Positions 17,890 through 27,548 of a DNA stretch of 64,000 nucleotides are shown piece by piece. How positions within the stretch are numbered: position 1 is the first letter of the stretch; each line of letters opens with the position of its first letter. The notes under the pieces were generated by a model, which was not told the origin of the DNA, made no database searches, and was given only the letters and a program-made list of their open reading frames with translations. Origin of the DNA: Dehalococcoidia bacterium. GTDB taxonomy: Bacteria > Chloroflexota > Dehalococcoidia > Lucifugimonadales > VXLM01. The stretch spans positions 3,690,507 through 3,754,506 of the forward strand of contig OY759598.1 in NCBI GenBank assembly GCA_963662435.1. Direction: 5' to 3'. Made by a program: the position numbers and the translations under genes.

Positions 17890-20148
17890 GTGACCACAAC
17901 CTATGAGCCGAACGTAGTCCTATCCGAGGTCGAGTACACGACCGTCGGCAAGCGACCCATCCGCCACGACGGCGCCGACAAGGTTACTGGCGTCGCCAAG
18001 TACGGTGCGGACCAGTACCCGACGGGGCTGCTCTTTGGGAAGATCCTTCGGAGTCCTCACGCGCACGCGGTGATAAAGTCGATCGACACGAGCAAGGCCG
18101 AGTCGCACCCTGGCGTCCGCGCCGTAACGACGGCCGCGGACTTCCCGCAGGACGGTGAGCACGAGGCCCTGCGTGAGTCGCTGATGGCCAGCAAGAAAGT
18201 GCTGTACAAGGGCCATCCCATCGCGGGAGTGGCGGCGAACACCATCCATGACGCCGAGGAGGCGTTGGCGCTCATCGAGGTCGAGTACGAGCTCTTTCCG
18301 CCGTTGATGACGGCGCCCGAAGCACTCGCCGACGACGCCCCGATTCTCCACGAGAATAACCGCTCCGATTACCACGGCGAGGACAGCGACACGCCGACGA
18401 ACATCGAGGAGTACATCCACCACGTCAAGGGCGATGTCGAAGAGGGGTTTGCGCAGGCAGACCTCATCGTCGAGCGGACCTTCGATACCGCGACGGTGCA
18501 TCAGGGATACATCGAGCCTCAGAACACTACCGTGCATTGGAAGAAGGACGGTCGCGTCCACATCTGGTGCAGCACTCAGGGGCCCGTGGAGGTCCGTGAC
18601 GGCACGGCCAATGCGCTGGGTATCTCGGAGTCGCAGGTTGTGTTGACCCCGCAGGAAATCGGCGGTGGATTCGGCGGCAAGTTTGAGCCTTACGGAGCTC
18701 CGCTGGCGGCCTACCTCTCGCAGAAGACCAACCGTCCCGTGAAGATCATCATGACGCGCACGGAGGACCTCGAGGCAACCGGCCCGACCCCCGGATCGCA
18801 CATTGTCATCAAGATGGGCGCGACGAAGGAGGGCAAGCTCACTGCCGCCAAGGCCATGCTTGCATACGAGTCTGGCGCGTACGCTGGTTCCATGATCGGG
18901 CCGGGCTGCATGTGCGTATTTGCTCCCTATGAACTCGAACACGGCGACATTGAGGGTTTCGGTGTCTACGTGAACAAGCCGTCCACGAACGCATACCGCG
19001 CTCCCGGCGCGACCAACGCGGAGTTTGCCGCCGAGACTGTCGTCGACGAGCTTGCGGAGAAGGTCGGCATCGACCCGCTTGAGTTCCGTCTGATGAATGC
19101 GGCGAAGGAGGGAACGCGTCGCGTCGATGGCCCGGTATTCCCGGCCATCGGACTCGTAGAGGTTGTAGACGCGATGAAGTCGCACCCGCACTATGACGCG
19201 CCCTTGGAAGGTCCGAATCGGGGTCGTGGCGTTGCGGTCGGTTGGTGGATAAACGGCGGCGGCCCGTCAAGCGTGAACATCAACGTCCATTCGGACGGCA
19301 CTTGCAGCCTCATTGAGGGATCGCCGGACATCGGCGGCACGCGGACTTCAATCGCGATGCAGGCCGCTGAGGTGCTTGGTATCCCCGCCGAGGACATTCG
19401 TCCAATGGTCGTCAGCACGGATGAGATCGGGTTCACAGCCGGAACGGGCGGGAGCCGCGTGACCTTCGCGACGGGCATGGCGGCCCACGACGCCGCGCAG
19501 GACGTCAAGCGCCAGATGACCGACAGGGCAGCGCTGATCTGGGATGTCGAGGCCGACTCGGTCGAACTCGTTGACGGCGTGTTCCGGTCGAAGGTCGACT
19601 CTGAGCTTTCCATGACCTTCAAGGAGCTCTCGGGCCAGATCGGTGGTACGGGCAACCCCATCGTTGGACGGGCCACCGTTGACGCGGCGGGAGTCGGTTC
19701 GGCCTACTGCGGCAACATCGTCGATGTTGAGGTCGACCCGGAGACGGGGAAGGTGAAAGTACTTCGCTTCACGTCCGTTCAGGACGTGGGCAAGGCAATC
19801 CATCCTAGCTACGTCGAGGGGCAAATGCAGGGCGGGAGCGCCCAGGGCATTGGATGGGCGCTGAACGAAGAGTACTACATGACGGACGAGGGGAGCATGG
19901 CGAACAGCACGTTCCTCGATTACCGGATGCCGGTCGCCAACGACCTCCCTATGATTGACACGGTGGTCGTCGAGGTGGCCAACCCCGGCCATCCCTTCGG
20001 GGTACGCGGCGTCGGCGAGGTGAACATCGTGCCCCCGCCGGCTGCCATCGCCAACGCGATCTACCAGGCCATCGGAGTTCGCATGGAAGTGCTGCCGATG
20101 AACCCCGTCAACATCATGCAGTCGCTTTGGAGCCGGAACGGCGGATAG
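17890..20148 (+). CDS. Xanthine dehydrogenase family molybdopterin-binding subunit
   Basis: LRSPHAHA, IGGGFGGK, AYRAPG, VEGQMQG and GVGE motifs. Confidence 0.94.
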   Translation: MTTTYEPNVVLSEVEYTTVGKRPIRHDGADKVTGVAKYGADQYPTGLLFGKILRSPHAHAVIKSIDTSKAESHPGVRAVTTAADFPQDGEHEALRESLMASKKVLYKGHPIAGVAANTIHDAEEALALIEVEYELFPPLMTAPEALADDAPILHENNRSDYHGEDSDTPTNIEEYIHHVKGDVEEGFAQADLIVERTFDTATVHQGYIEPQNTTVHWKKDGRVHIWCSTQGPVEVRDGTANALGISESQVVLTPQEIGGGFGGKFEPYGAPLAAYLSQKTNRPVKIIMTRTEDLEATGPTPGSHIVIKMGATKEGKLTAAKAMLAYESGAYAGSMIGPGCMCVFAPYELEHGDIEGFGVYVNKPSTNAYRAPGATNAEFAAETVVDELAEKVGIDPLEFRLMNAAKEGTRRVDGPVFPAIGLVEVVDAMKSHPHYDAPLEGPNRGRGVAVGWWINGGGPSSVNINVHSDGTCSLIEGSPDIGGTRTSIAMQAAEVLGIPAEDIRPMVVSTDEIGFTAGTGGSRVTFATGMAAHDAAQDVKRQMTDRAALIWDVEADSVELVDGVFRSKVDSELSMTFKELSGQIGGTGNPIVGRATVDAAGVGSAYCGNIVDVEVDPETGKVKVLRFTSVQDVGKAIHPSYVEGQMQGGSAQGIGWALNEEYYMTDEGSMANSTFLDYRMPVANDLPMIDTVVVEVANPGHPFGVRGVGEVNIVPPPAAIANAIYQAIGVRMEVLPMNPVNIMQSLWSRNGG

Positions 20149-20185
20149 GCTGGGTAGTCGTCAGAACAGCAGGTTATTCGTTAGC

Positions 20186-20210
20186 AGGGGCGGGTTTCAA
20201 ACCCGCCCCT
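20186..20210. repeat. Perfect palindrome AGGGGCGGGTTT-C-AAACCCGCCCCT (GTAG-family REP-like; possible terminator role)
   Basis: 12-bp arms, located between convergent genes. Confidence 0.7.
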
Positions 20211-20232
20211 TCGCGTTGTGGGCCGGGTAATC

Positions 20233-20514
20233 CTAGGGCGATAGACGGTCGATGTTGATGGCCTGATTGGCCCGGGTTGCGCGGACGCGGAGCGCCTCGC
20301 CGATGATGAGCACGTCGAACGTGAGCCAGTCGACGCCGATGATCTCGTTGTTGACGAGGATGTAGTGGTTGCCGCGCGTGTCGGTGCCCTTGTCGGCGAG
20401 TAGGCCCTCGACTCGCTTGTATGGAGGGAGCGCGTCGATCATTGACGCGCCCCATCTTCGGAAGAACTTTCCTACTCGGTATAGCGGTCGGTATATGAGC
20501 TTCGCGACATCCAT
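20233..20514 (-). CDS. Small hypothetical protein (93 aa)
   Basis: Host-like GC3-rich codon usage from MDVAK; the longer track start at 20592 runs through an inverted repeat (20549-20580). Confidence 0.6.
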   Translation of the reverse strand: MDVAKLIYRPLYRVGKFFRRWGASMIDALPPYKRVEGLLADKGTDTRGNHYILVNNEIIGVDWLTFDVLIIGEALRVRATRANQAINIDRLSP

Positions 20515-20643
20515 GCAATTCGCAGTGGCAACGTTGTCCTTGCTAGAGATTGGCCTATTGCCTACAGGCCATAGGCCAATGGTATTGGGCATCGCTCGCT
20601 CAGTTCAATTGGCTGGAGGTCGTCGATTCGCCGAAGAGGGCCC

Positions 20644-21603
20644 CTAGAGCACCTGGCGCAACGCGGCTTCCACCTCGTCAAAGGTCGCAAAGCCCTCAAA
20701 GCGGGAGGTGACTATGCCCTGCTTGTCGATGATGAACGTCCACTCGATGCTGGGCAGTCGCCAGTCGCGAACGGCCGGCGAGATGACCGCGCGTTCCAGG
20801 TCGCCCTGGATCTCGTGCGGATTGTCGTAGAAGTCGACGTGCACATAGTTGGCGCCCGAGGGATATGCGTTTTTGAGCTCCTGCAGAACATCGACCTGCG
20901 GTCCACAGACGGCGTTCTGGCAGAAGGCCGGACTTGCGAACACGACGACGGTGGGCATCTCGTTCTCAAGGGCCTTGTCGAGGCTGATCTGATAGAGGTC
21001 GGGATCCTGTAGGGAGCCAGTGGTTAGCTCCTGGAGCGACTCCACGTCGTTTACGGTCCGTGTTTTGGTCGATACGGCGGCGTGTCCCTGCATGGGAGCA
21101 TGGGACGTGTCGAATACCTCCAGCGAGAGCGGTACTATCGCCGTCGCGCCCCCCTCGCCGGGAAGGGAGATGTCCAGCTGCCACTGGCCCGGCTTATCGA
21201 ATTCGATGTAGGTAGTGTAGAGGCCGCGATTACCGTAGGGCCACGCCTGGAACTCGCTGTCGACGGTGGTTCCAACCTCGTCTGCGCCGTCGGAGACGTA
21301 CTTTGGGGTAACCTGCACTCCTTCGGTGTTGACGAAACCAGTCTTGGACGTGAGCACGAAACCGATGCGCTCCCTACCGACGCCAAGATCGCCTGTGCCG
21401 AGGATGGCCTTGAAGCCGTCCTCGGTGGTCTCACTCTCAATGAGAGGCTCACGGTCGGGCCGCTCGGGCGGCTCGCGATGGGGGGTCGTCGAGTCCGGAG
21501 AATCGTTGATTGTCTGGGGCGCCTCGTCCTCTCCGCCGCAGGCGACGATGAAGGCGGAGAGGACAATAAGGCCGAATGCAAAGGCCTTGATGGTTGTCTT
21601 CAT
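20644..21603 (-). CDS. Putative lipoprotein with C-terminal thioredoxin-like domain
   Basis: Lipobox IVAC; VVVFASPAFCQNAVCGP Cys pair; WTFIIDKQG. Confidence 0.75.
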   Translation of the reverse strand: MKTTIKAFAFGLIVLSAFIVACGGEDEAPQTINDSPDSTTPHREPPERPDREPLIESETTEDGFKAILGTGDLGVGRERIGFVLTSKTGFVNTEGVQVTPKYVSDGADEVGTTVDSEFQAWPYGNRGLYTTYIEFDKPGQWQLDISLPGEGGATAIVPLSLEVFDTSHAPMQGHAAVSTKTRTVNDVESLQELTTGSLQDPDLYQISLDKALENEMPTVVVFASPAFCQNAVCGPQVDVLQELKNAYPSGANYVHVDFYDNPHEIQGDLERAVISPAVRDWRLPSIEWTFIIDKQGIVTSRFEGFATFDEVEAALRQVL

Positions 21604-21732
21604 GTGTTACCTCTACTCTCCCTTGAACAACTTGCGCTGCCTCTCCAGGTCACTCCCCAGCCGGGGGAGTGACCACTGGCAACCCTTCGACAGGTCAAGA
21701 CGAACGGACAATGATGCTGTCGAACGTTCCCA

Positions 21733-22995
21733 CTAGACTTCAGGGTGGACGACGTAGGCTCCGAAGGTGAAGGCGAATACCTCGAACTCATCGGAGTTTG
21801 AGCTCAGGGTCAGCTCGTGGCTCTCGAAGGCGTTGAGACGCACCAGTGCGTACAGGCGGGGCTCGTCGACGGTGATGAAGCTCCTGCCCTCGTCGTCGAA
21901 CCAGATGTCGGTTCCGGCATCCTGGCTGGTGAGGGGCTCGCCGTCCATTCTGATTTGGACCTTATAGGGCGTTTCACTCTGGGTGCGGAGGACGACATTC
22001 ACTTCAACTGCGTTGAACCGGACCGCCATGTAGTCCTCGAACTCCTCCGTCATCCGGGCGTGACGGAGGCTCTCCTCGCCGTTGTGCCAGAGGCCCTGTA
22101 AGTAGATATGGTGATTCTGCCAATCGCCGGGATCCGTGTAGTCTGTGTCCGTGCTTCCCCGCTCGTAGTACTCTTCATTGAGTACGTAGGGCGCCCTCGA
22201 TCCCGACCGTAGGGCGCTGTAGTTGCGTCCGGTTCCGGCGTAGAGCTCGCGAGTCAGTCCGTCGGGGCTTCTTGAACTCATAGCGTTAGGCGCCACGAGC
22301 CTGATCGGGTTGAGGTCGTCCGCTATGTCGCTGACTGCCTGGTCGGCCTCCTCAAGCAAAAGGCGAATGGCCTGTTCGGTCTCGTCATACCTTCCCTCAC
22401 CGAAGTGGGAGTAACGGATGTTACCGTCCTTGTCGATGAGGTACTTTGCGGGCCAGTAACGGTTATTGAAGGAATTCCATGTCCAGTAGTTGTTGTCCTG
22501 GACGACCGGGTACTTGATCTCGAACCCCTCGATAGCCTCCTTGACGTTGTCCAGGGACTTTTCAAACTCGAACTCGGGTGTGTGGACACCGATGATTACG
22601 AGTCCGCGATCGGCGTACTTCTCGTGCCACTGCTTGAGGTAGGGGAGGGTCCTGATGCAGTTTATGCAGGTGTAAGTCCAGAAGTCGATGAGGACCACCT
22701 TATTCTCCTCCTGCAGCTCCGAGAGGATGAGTTCTTCCGAGTTTATCCAATTGTTAATGCCCTCTCCGCTGATGCGAGGGGCCTTTATGGTGTCTTCGGT
22801 AATAGGGAGGGACAGCGAGGGCGTCGGCACGGCTGTTGGAGTCGGGTCCGGCTTGGGCGTGGGGACAGTTTCGGCTGCCGCAGCCGCAGCGGGGTCCGTC
22901 ACAGCGTCCTCGTCCTCGCTCGTGCAGGCCGCAAGGAACGCGAGCGCGGCCACTGCGAGACCCAAGACCATCAGAAGGGATATCGGTCTGCGCAT
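21733..22995 (-). CDS. Lipoprotein with DipZ-like redoxin domain
   Basis: Lipobox LAAC; IDFWTYTCINC, GVHTPEFEFEK, NRYWPAKYLID, HFGEG and terminal FTFG. Confidence 0.88.
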   Translation of the reverse strand: MRRPISLLMVLGLAVAALAFLAACTSEDEDAVTDPAAAAAAETVPTPKPDPTPTAVPTPSLSLPITEDTIKAPRISGEGINNWINSEELILSELQEENKVVLIDFWTYTCINCIRTLPYLKQWHEKYADRGLVIIGVHTPEFEFEKSLDNVKEAIEGFEIKYPVVQDNNYWTWNSFNNRYWPAKYLIDKDGNIRYSHFGEGRYDETEQAIRLLLEEADQAVSDIADDLNPIRLVAPNAMSSRSPDGLTRELYAGTGRNYSALRSGSRAPYVLNEEYYERGSTDTDYTDPGDWQNHHIYLQGLWHNGEESLRHARMTEEFEDYMAVRFNAVEVNVVLRTQSETPYKVQIRMDGEPLTSQDAGTDIWFDDEGRSFITVDEPRLYALVRLNAFESHELTLSSNSDEFEVFAFTFGAYVVHPEV

Positions 22996-23119
22996 TGAAT
23001 TCTCCTTAGACTGTTCGACAGTGACTTGTGGACTGTATAACGGTCCAGCTTTCGTTCAGTGTAGCGAGACGCCGTTACTCGAAAGTAACGTAACGCTTAA
23101 CAAATTGTGAACCCGCAGG

Positions 23120-25705
23120 CTATTCGGCGCGTTCCTGAATTTCGTAGAGCTTGGTGATCGCCTCCAGGGGCGTCATGGACGCAACGTCCAGCGCAAGCAA
23201 CTCGTCAATGACCGGCGGAGTGGTTGGAAGGAGCGACAGTTGGCGTACTTCGTCAGACGGAGCTTCGGCACGACCGTTGGGTCCCGGAGATGAAGCCGTC
23301 CCCTCCAGTTCTTTGAGGACTTCCCACGCGCGGTTGATCACGGCTGTGGGCATCCCGGCCAGCCTCGCAACGTAGACGCCGTAGCTCCTATCCGCTCCGC
23401 CGGGGATGATGCGATGGAGGAAGACGACGTCGCCATCCTCTTCGGCGACGGCGATATTGTAGTTTCGCACCCTTGGAAGAACGTCGGCGAGTTGAGTCAG
23501 CTCATGATAGTGGGTGGCGAATAGAGTCTTACACCCTGCGCGGGGATGGTTGTGGATGAACTCGGCAACGGCCCTTGCAATAGCCAGTCCGTCATAGGTG
23601 CTGGTGCCACGTCCTATCTCATCGAGGATGACCAGCGAACGTGGCGTGGAGTGATTGAGGATGGTTGCCGTTTCGAGCATCTCGATCATGAAGGTGGACT
23701 GGCCGGTCGAGAGATCGTCCTGGAGGCCGACGCGTGTAAATATGCGGTCGACTACACCGATGGTGGCGGAGTCTGCGGGAACGAAACTGCCGATCTGGGC
23801 CATGAGCGTAATGATCGCAACCTGCCGAATGAAGGTCGATTTGCCCGCCATGTTCGGTCCGGTGAGCATGATGACCTGTTCGTCACCGGTAGACAGGCGG
23901 ATGTCATTCGGAACGAATTTGCCCGACTCGATGGTGTTCTCTACTACGGGATGTCGTCCTTGAACGATGGTGATCGTGTCGCCCTCATTCAACTGAGGCC
24001 GGACATAGCCTTGCCGTTCGGCAACTTCGGCAAGGGAGGCGAAAGTATCGACGTAGGCGACGGCGCGCGCCACTGTCATGATTAAAGATGAGGAGTCAGC
24101 GACCTGTCTGCAGACCTGCCGGAACAGGCTCGATTCCAATTCTGCTATTCGCTCTTGGGCATTGAGGATAAGCGATTCGTATTCCTTCATCTGCGGGGTG
24201 ATGTAGCGTTCGGCGTTGACAAGGGTCTGGCGACGGATGTACTCCTCGGGGGCCTGTGGCAGATTGGAGCGGCTGATCTCGATGTAATAGCCGAAGACCT
24301 TGTTGTAACCGACCTTGAGGGACTTTATGCCCGTCCGCTCTCGCTCCGTCTTCTCCAGCGATGCGATGTAGTCCTGCGCTTCACGTGAGGAATTGCGGAG
24401 CTTGTCAAGATCGTCGGAGAAGCCGTGTCGAATGACGCCGCCGTCTCCAACGTTGAGGGGAGGGTCGTCGGTGAGTGCCTTGGTGATGAGATCCACGGTC
24501 TCGGAGGCGTCTTGCACACCGCTCGCGAGCCAGGCCACGGAGGGGGCGTCGCCGTCTTCGCCGAGGATGTCCCAGATCTCGGGCGCCGCTGCGAGGCTGC
24601 GACCAAGGCTGACAACGTCGCGTGGAGTCGCCGCGGAGGCGCTCACCTTGTTGATGAGTCGCTCGATGTCTGCAATATTCTGGAGTACGGTGGTCACTCG
24701 GCTGCGGCGTACGGCGCTGCGATGGAACCACTCCACGGCGTCCTGTCGCTTGGTCAGCTCGGCCACATCGAGGAGGGGTCGGCCCACCCATCGACGCAAC
24801 TGGCGCGCACCCATGGAGGTCTTTGTGCGGTCGAGTACGGCTAACAGCGACGCACCTGTATCTCCTCCCCAGCGACCACCCTCGAACAGCTCGAGGTTGC
24901 GGCGCGTCTGCGGGTCGAGGACCATGTACGATTCGGTGGAGTACGTATAGAGGGAATTGAACTGTCCAAGCGCTCCGCTCCGCTGGTCTTCAAGGTACCT
25001 GACGATAGCCCCGGCTGCGCGGACGGCCAGCGGCAGCCGCTCGCACCCAAAGCCCTCGAGCGACGTAACCCCGAAAGCGATATGGAGGGACTCGCGTGCC
25101 CAGTCTTCGTGAAATGTGTCGGTCGGGACTGTGGTAACCGAGGTTTCGTCGTCGCTACCGTTTTCAGTGGCCGGAAGCCGGTAGCCTTCGGCTATAAGTA
25201 GTTCCGCCGCTTCAAGTCCGGCCAATTCGACGGAGAGTTGAGAAGCCGGAAATTCGCTTGTTGCAAACTCGCTGGTGGTGATGTCCACGTAGGCCAGCCC
25301 CGCTCTGTCGCCGTCGGATACCACTGCAGCGAGGTAGTTGTTGGCCTTCCGGTCGAGGATCGTGTCCTCGATGACGGTGCCCGGTGTCACCACTCGGACG
25401 ACCTCTCGGTCGACGATGCCGCGGGAGGTTGCGGGATCGCTGGTCTGCTCGCAGATGGCGACGCGGTAACCCTTCTTGATGAGCTTTGCAAGGTAACCAT
25501 CGAGCGCGTGGTAGGGGATGCCGGCCAGGGGAACACGCACACCCTTGCCCATCTCACGTGATGTGAGGGCGATTTCAAGCTCTCTCGATATCAGGCGGGC
25601 ATCGTTATCAAAGGTCTCATAGAAATCGCCCATGCGGAACAGCAGGACCTCGTCCTGGTGCTGCTTCTTGATGCGGAGATACTGCTTTCGCGCTGGGGTA
25701 GACAT
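23120..25705 (-). CDS. mutS: DNA mismatch repair protein MutS
   Basis: FRMGDFYE, GPNMAGKST, STFMIEM, DEIGRGT, ATHYHEL and SYG motifs. Confidence 0.98.
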   Translation of the reverse strand: MSTPARKQYLRIKKQHQDEVLLFRMGDFYETFDNDARLISRELEIALTSREMGKGVRVPLAGIPYHALDGYLAKLIKKGYRVAICEQTSDPATSRGIVDREVVRVVTPGTVIEDTILDRKANNYLAAVVSDGDRAGLAYVDITTSEFATSEFPASQLSVELAGLEAAELLIAEGYRLPATENGSDDETSVTTVPTDTFHEDWARESLHIAFGVTSLEGFGCERLPLAVRAAGAIVRYLEDQRSGALGQFNSLYTYSTESYMVLDPQTRRNLELFEGGRWGGDTGASLLAVLDRTKTSMGARQLRRWVGRPLLDVAELTKRQDAVEWFHRSAVRRSRVTTVLQNIADIERLINKVSASAATPRDVVSLGRSLAAAPEIWDILGEDGDAPSVAWLASGVQDASETVDLITKALTDDPPLNVGDGGVIRHGFSDDLDKLRNSSREAQDYIASLEKTERERTGIKSLKVGYNKVFGYYIEISRSNLPQAPEEYIRRQTLVNAERYITPQMKEYESLILNAQERIAELESSLFRQVCRQVADSSSLIMTVARAVAYVDTFASLAEVAERQGYVRPQLNEGDTITIVQGRHPVVENTIESGKFVPNDIRLSTGDEQVIMLTGPNMAGKSTFIRQVAIITLMAQIGSFVPADSATIGVVDRIFTRVGLQDDLSTGQSTFMIEMLETATILNHSTPRSLVILDEIGRGTSTYDGLAIARAVAEFIHNHPRAGCKTLFATHYHELTQLADVLPRVRNYNIAVAEEDGDVVFLHRIIPGGADRSYGVYVARLAGMPTAVINRAWEVLKELEGTASSPGPNGRAEAPSDEVRQLSLLPTTPPVIDELLALDVASMTPLEAITKLYEIQERAE

Positions 25706-25784
25706 TCAGGTTGATGCACCGAGCGGGCTTGGTACCCATTCTAGCGGAGGGAAGGAAATGGAGAAAGGGAACCCGGTCGATCGG

Positions 25785-26543
25785 CTAGTCGTCCTGCTTC
25801 CAGAAGCGTTCTTCTTCTACTTGGAAGCCCACGGGAGTGAACTGCGCCTTTACGTCTTCGATCATGCCGGGGTGACCGCAGGCATAGATGATCGTATCTT
25901 CAGGAGTCAGACCGAACCGGGTGACGTGTTCCTGCGTGATCGTGTTGACACGGCCGGTCTCGCCCGTCCAGCCGGCGTTTTGCTCCTCCGCCGGCCTACT
26001 TATGGTTGGGACAAATGTGATGAAGTCCGGGTGCTGTTCGGCGAGGCGCCTCAGTTCGGAGTCATAGGTGAATTCGTCGATGTAGCTGGCGCCCTGAAGA
26101 ACATAGAAGTGGTGCCCCGTGCGGTCGTTGTACAGGTAGTCGCGGAGAATGCTGATGAACGGCACGACTCCGGTGACGGTCGCGACCATGAACTGGTTGG
26201 GCTTGGCGGGCTTGAAGACGAAGATACCCTTCGCCCTTGGGCGGACCGTCACGGTGTCGCCGGGATGCAGGTCCCAGATGAGCGGCGTGAGATTACCTTC
26301 AGGCGGGGGGACAAGCTCGACGAAGAGTTCGAGATCGTCCTCGTGAGGGGCGGAGACGATTGAGTAGGCCCGCTCGATGCCGCCGCTGCCGATGGTGCAA
26401 TACTGTCCGGCCTTGAAGGTGAAGCCCTCCGGCTTTTCGATCCACATGAGAAGGAGGTCGTCGGTGATGTCTGTGCGCCTGGTTACCAGCGTGTCGACGA
26501 TCTTGGGCCTTGGCCTGCGCTTTCCGGCAGGAGTGATAGTCAC
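25785..26543 (-). CDS. Ferredoxin--NADP reductase-like FAD-binding oxidoreductase
   Basis: FKAGQY, RAYSIVS, ATVTGVVPF, ACGHPGM and ERFW motifs. Confidence 0.9.
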   Translation of the reverse strand: MTITPAGKRRPRPKIVDTLVTRRTDITDDLLLMWIEKPEGFTFKAGQYCTIGSGGIERAYSIVSAPHEDDLELFVELVPPPEGNLTPLIWDLHPGDTVTVRPRAKGIFVFKPAKPNQFMVATVTGVVPFISILRDYLYNDRTGHHFYVLQGASYIDEFTYDSELRRLAEQHPDFITFVPTISRPAEEQNAGWTGETGRVNTITQEHVTRFGLTPEDTIIYACGHPGMIEDVKAQFTPVGFQVEEERFWKQDD

Positions 26544-26584
26544 TGTGTTTCTCCTCCTAGTTTGTATTATGGCCGGATCGTTCT

Positions 26585-27529
26585 CTAGATGCGAGGTATT
26601 TCATCCAACTCACGTGCGAGGTCGTTGTGGGTGTATTGCTCCTTGCGGACTCTCAGGTCGAAGTACAGGGCAGTTATCGCGATGGTTGCGACTGGAGTTA
26701 CCACAGTGGAGAACGCGGCAGACAGGAAGGCAATGAGAACGGCGGGCAGGAATATGCCCGCCGGGAGGAATATGATCAGCGCTGCCCCCATGATTGCCAG
26801 TGTGATAACCAACAACAGGCCGAATGACCTCCACCAGTTTCCTTGTACAACGTTCCAGCTACGTTTCACGGCATCTGTTGGAGCCATCTGTTCAACTGCT
26901 ACTGCGTGAGTGGCGAAGAGCAGGACGACGATGCCGAAGACCAATAGCGGGATGCCTATGATGAAAAACGAGAGTACTAGTGGAACGATAAGGATGAGGA
27001 CAACAATCACGAATACCCCGAGCAACTTGGGGAAGCGAGTCCAAGCATACTTATAGCTCCGCTGAACGAGTACGGCGCTTCCGAGGAAGTGTCTCCCGAC
27101 TGCGTAGATTATGGCGCCGCCCGCGAGGATGCTGAAGATGAACGACACAAGGACACCCAGCATCTCCCATAGGTTGATCATTAGCGGCTCAGAAGGCTCC
27201 TCGACTGTCTCGGCAGGGAATTCAAGGGTGAAAGTCGGACCGACTCCCACCAGGGACATTATTCCCCCTAGGAGAAGAGGGATCTGAGGCAGGAGAGCTA
27301 TGAGAACGAAGGGCAAGAGGTGGGCCCCAAAGACCGAGAAGGTGGAGTCAATAATGGTGCCCAGTCCGCCGTGTGGGAGAGGAGGCGCCTCGTCGCCGGT
27401 GGGCGTGAGGTATGCGGCCTCGCTAGGTTCAGACGATTCATCTTCGGCTTCCTGTTGAAGGAGGGTGCCGCAGATGTTGCAGTACAGTCTGTCCTCGGAG
27501 TTTTCGTGCTGGCACTGTGGACAGATCAT
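26585..27529 (-). CDS. Zinc-ribbon-containing integral membrane protein
   Basis: CPQC...CNIC N-terminus, about six hydrophobic helices, YFDLRVRKE tail. Confidence 0.8.
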   Translation of the reverse strand: MICPQCQHENSEDRLYCNICGTLLQQEAEDESSEPSEAAYLTPTGDEAPPLPHGGLGTIIDSTFSVFGAHLLPFVLIALLPQIPLLLGGIMSLVGVGPTFTLEFPAETVEEPSEPLMINLWEMLGVLVSFIFSILAGGAIIYAVGRHFLGSAVLVQRSYKYAWTRFPKLLGVFVIVVLILIVPLVLSFFIIGIPLLVFGIVVLLFATHAVAVEQMAPTDAVKRSWNVVQGNWWRSFGLLLVITLAIMGAALIIFLPAGIFLPAVLIAFLSAAFSTVVTPVATIAITALYFDLRVRKEQYTHNDLARELDEIPRI

Positions 27530-27548
27530 AAGGGCCGCACTGGGCTAG

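Noticed and set aside
17890..20148. Aerobic CO dehydrogenase CoxL
   Set aside because: The loop is AYRAPG, not AYxCSFR (form I) or AYxGAGR (form II), and no coxM/coxS are adjacent.
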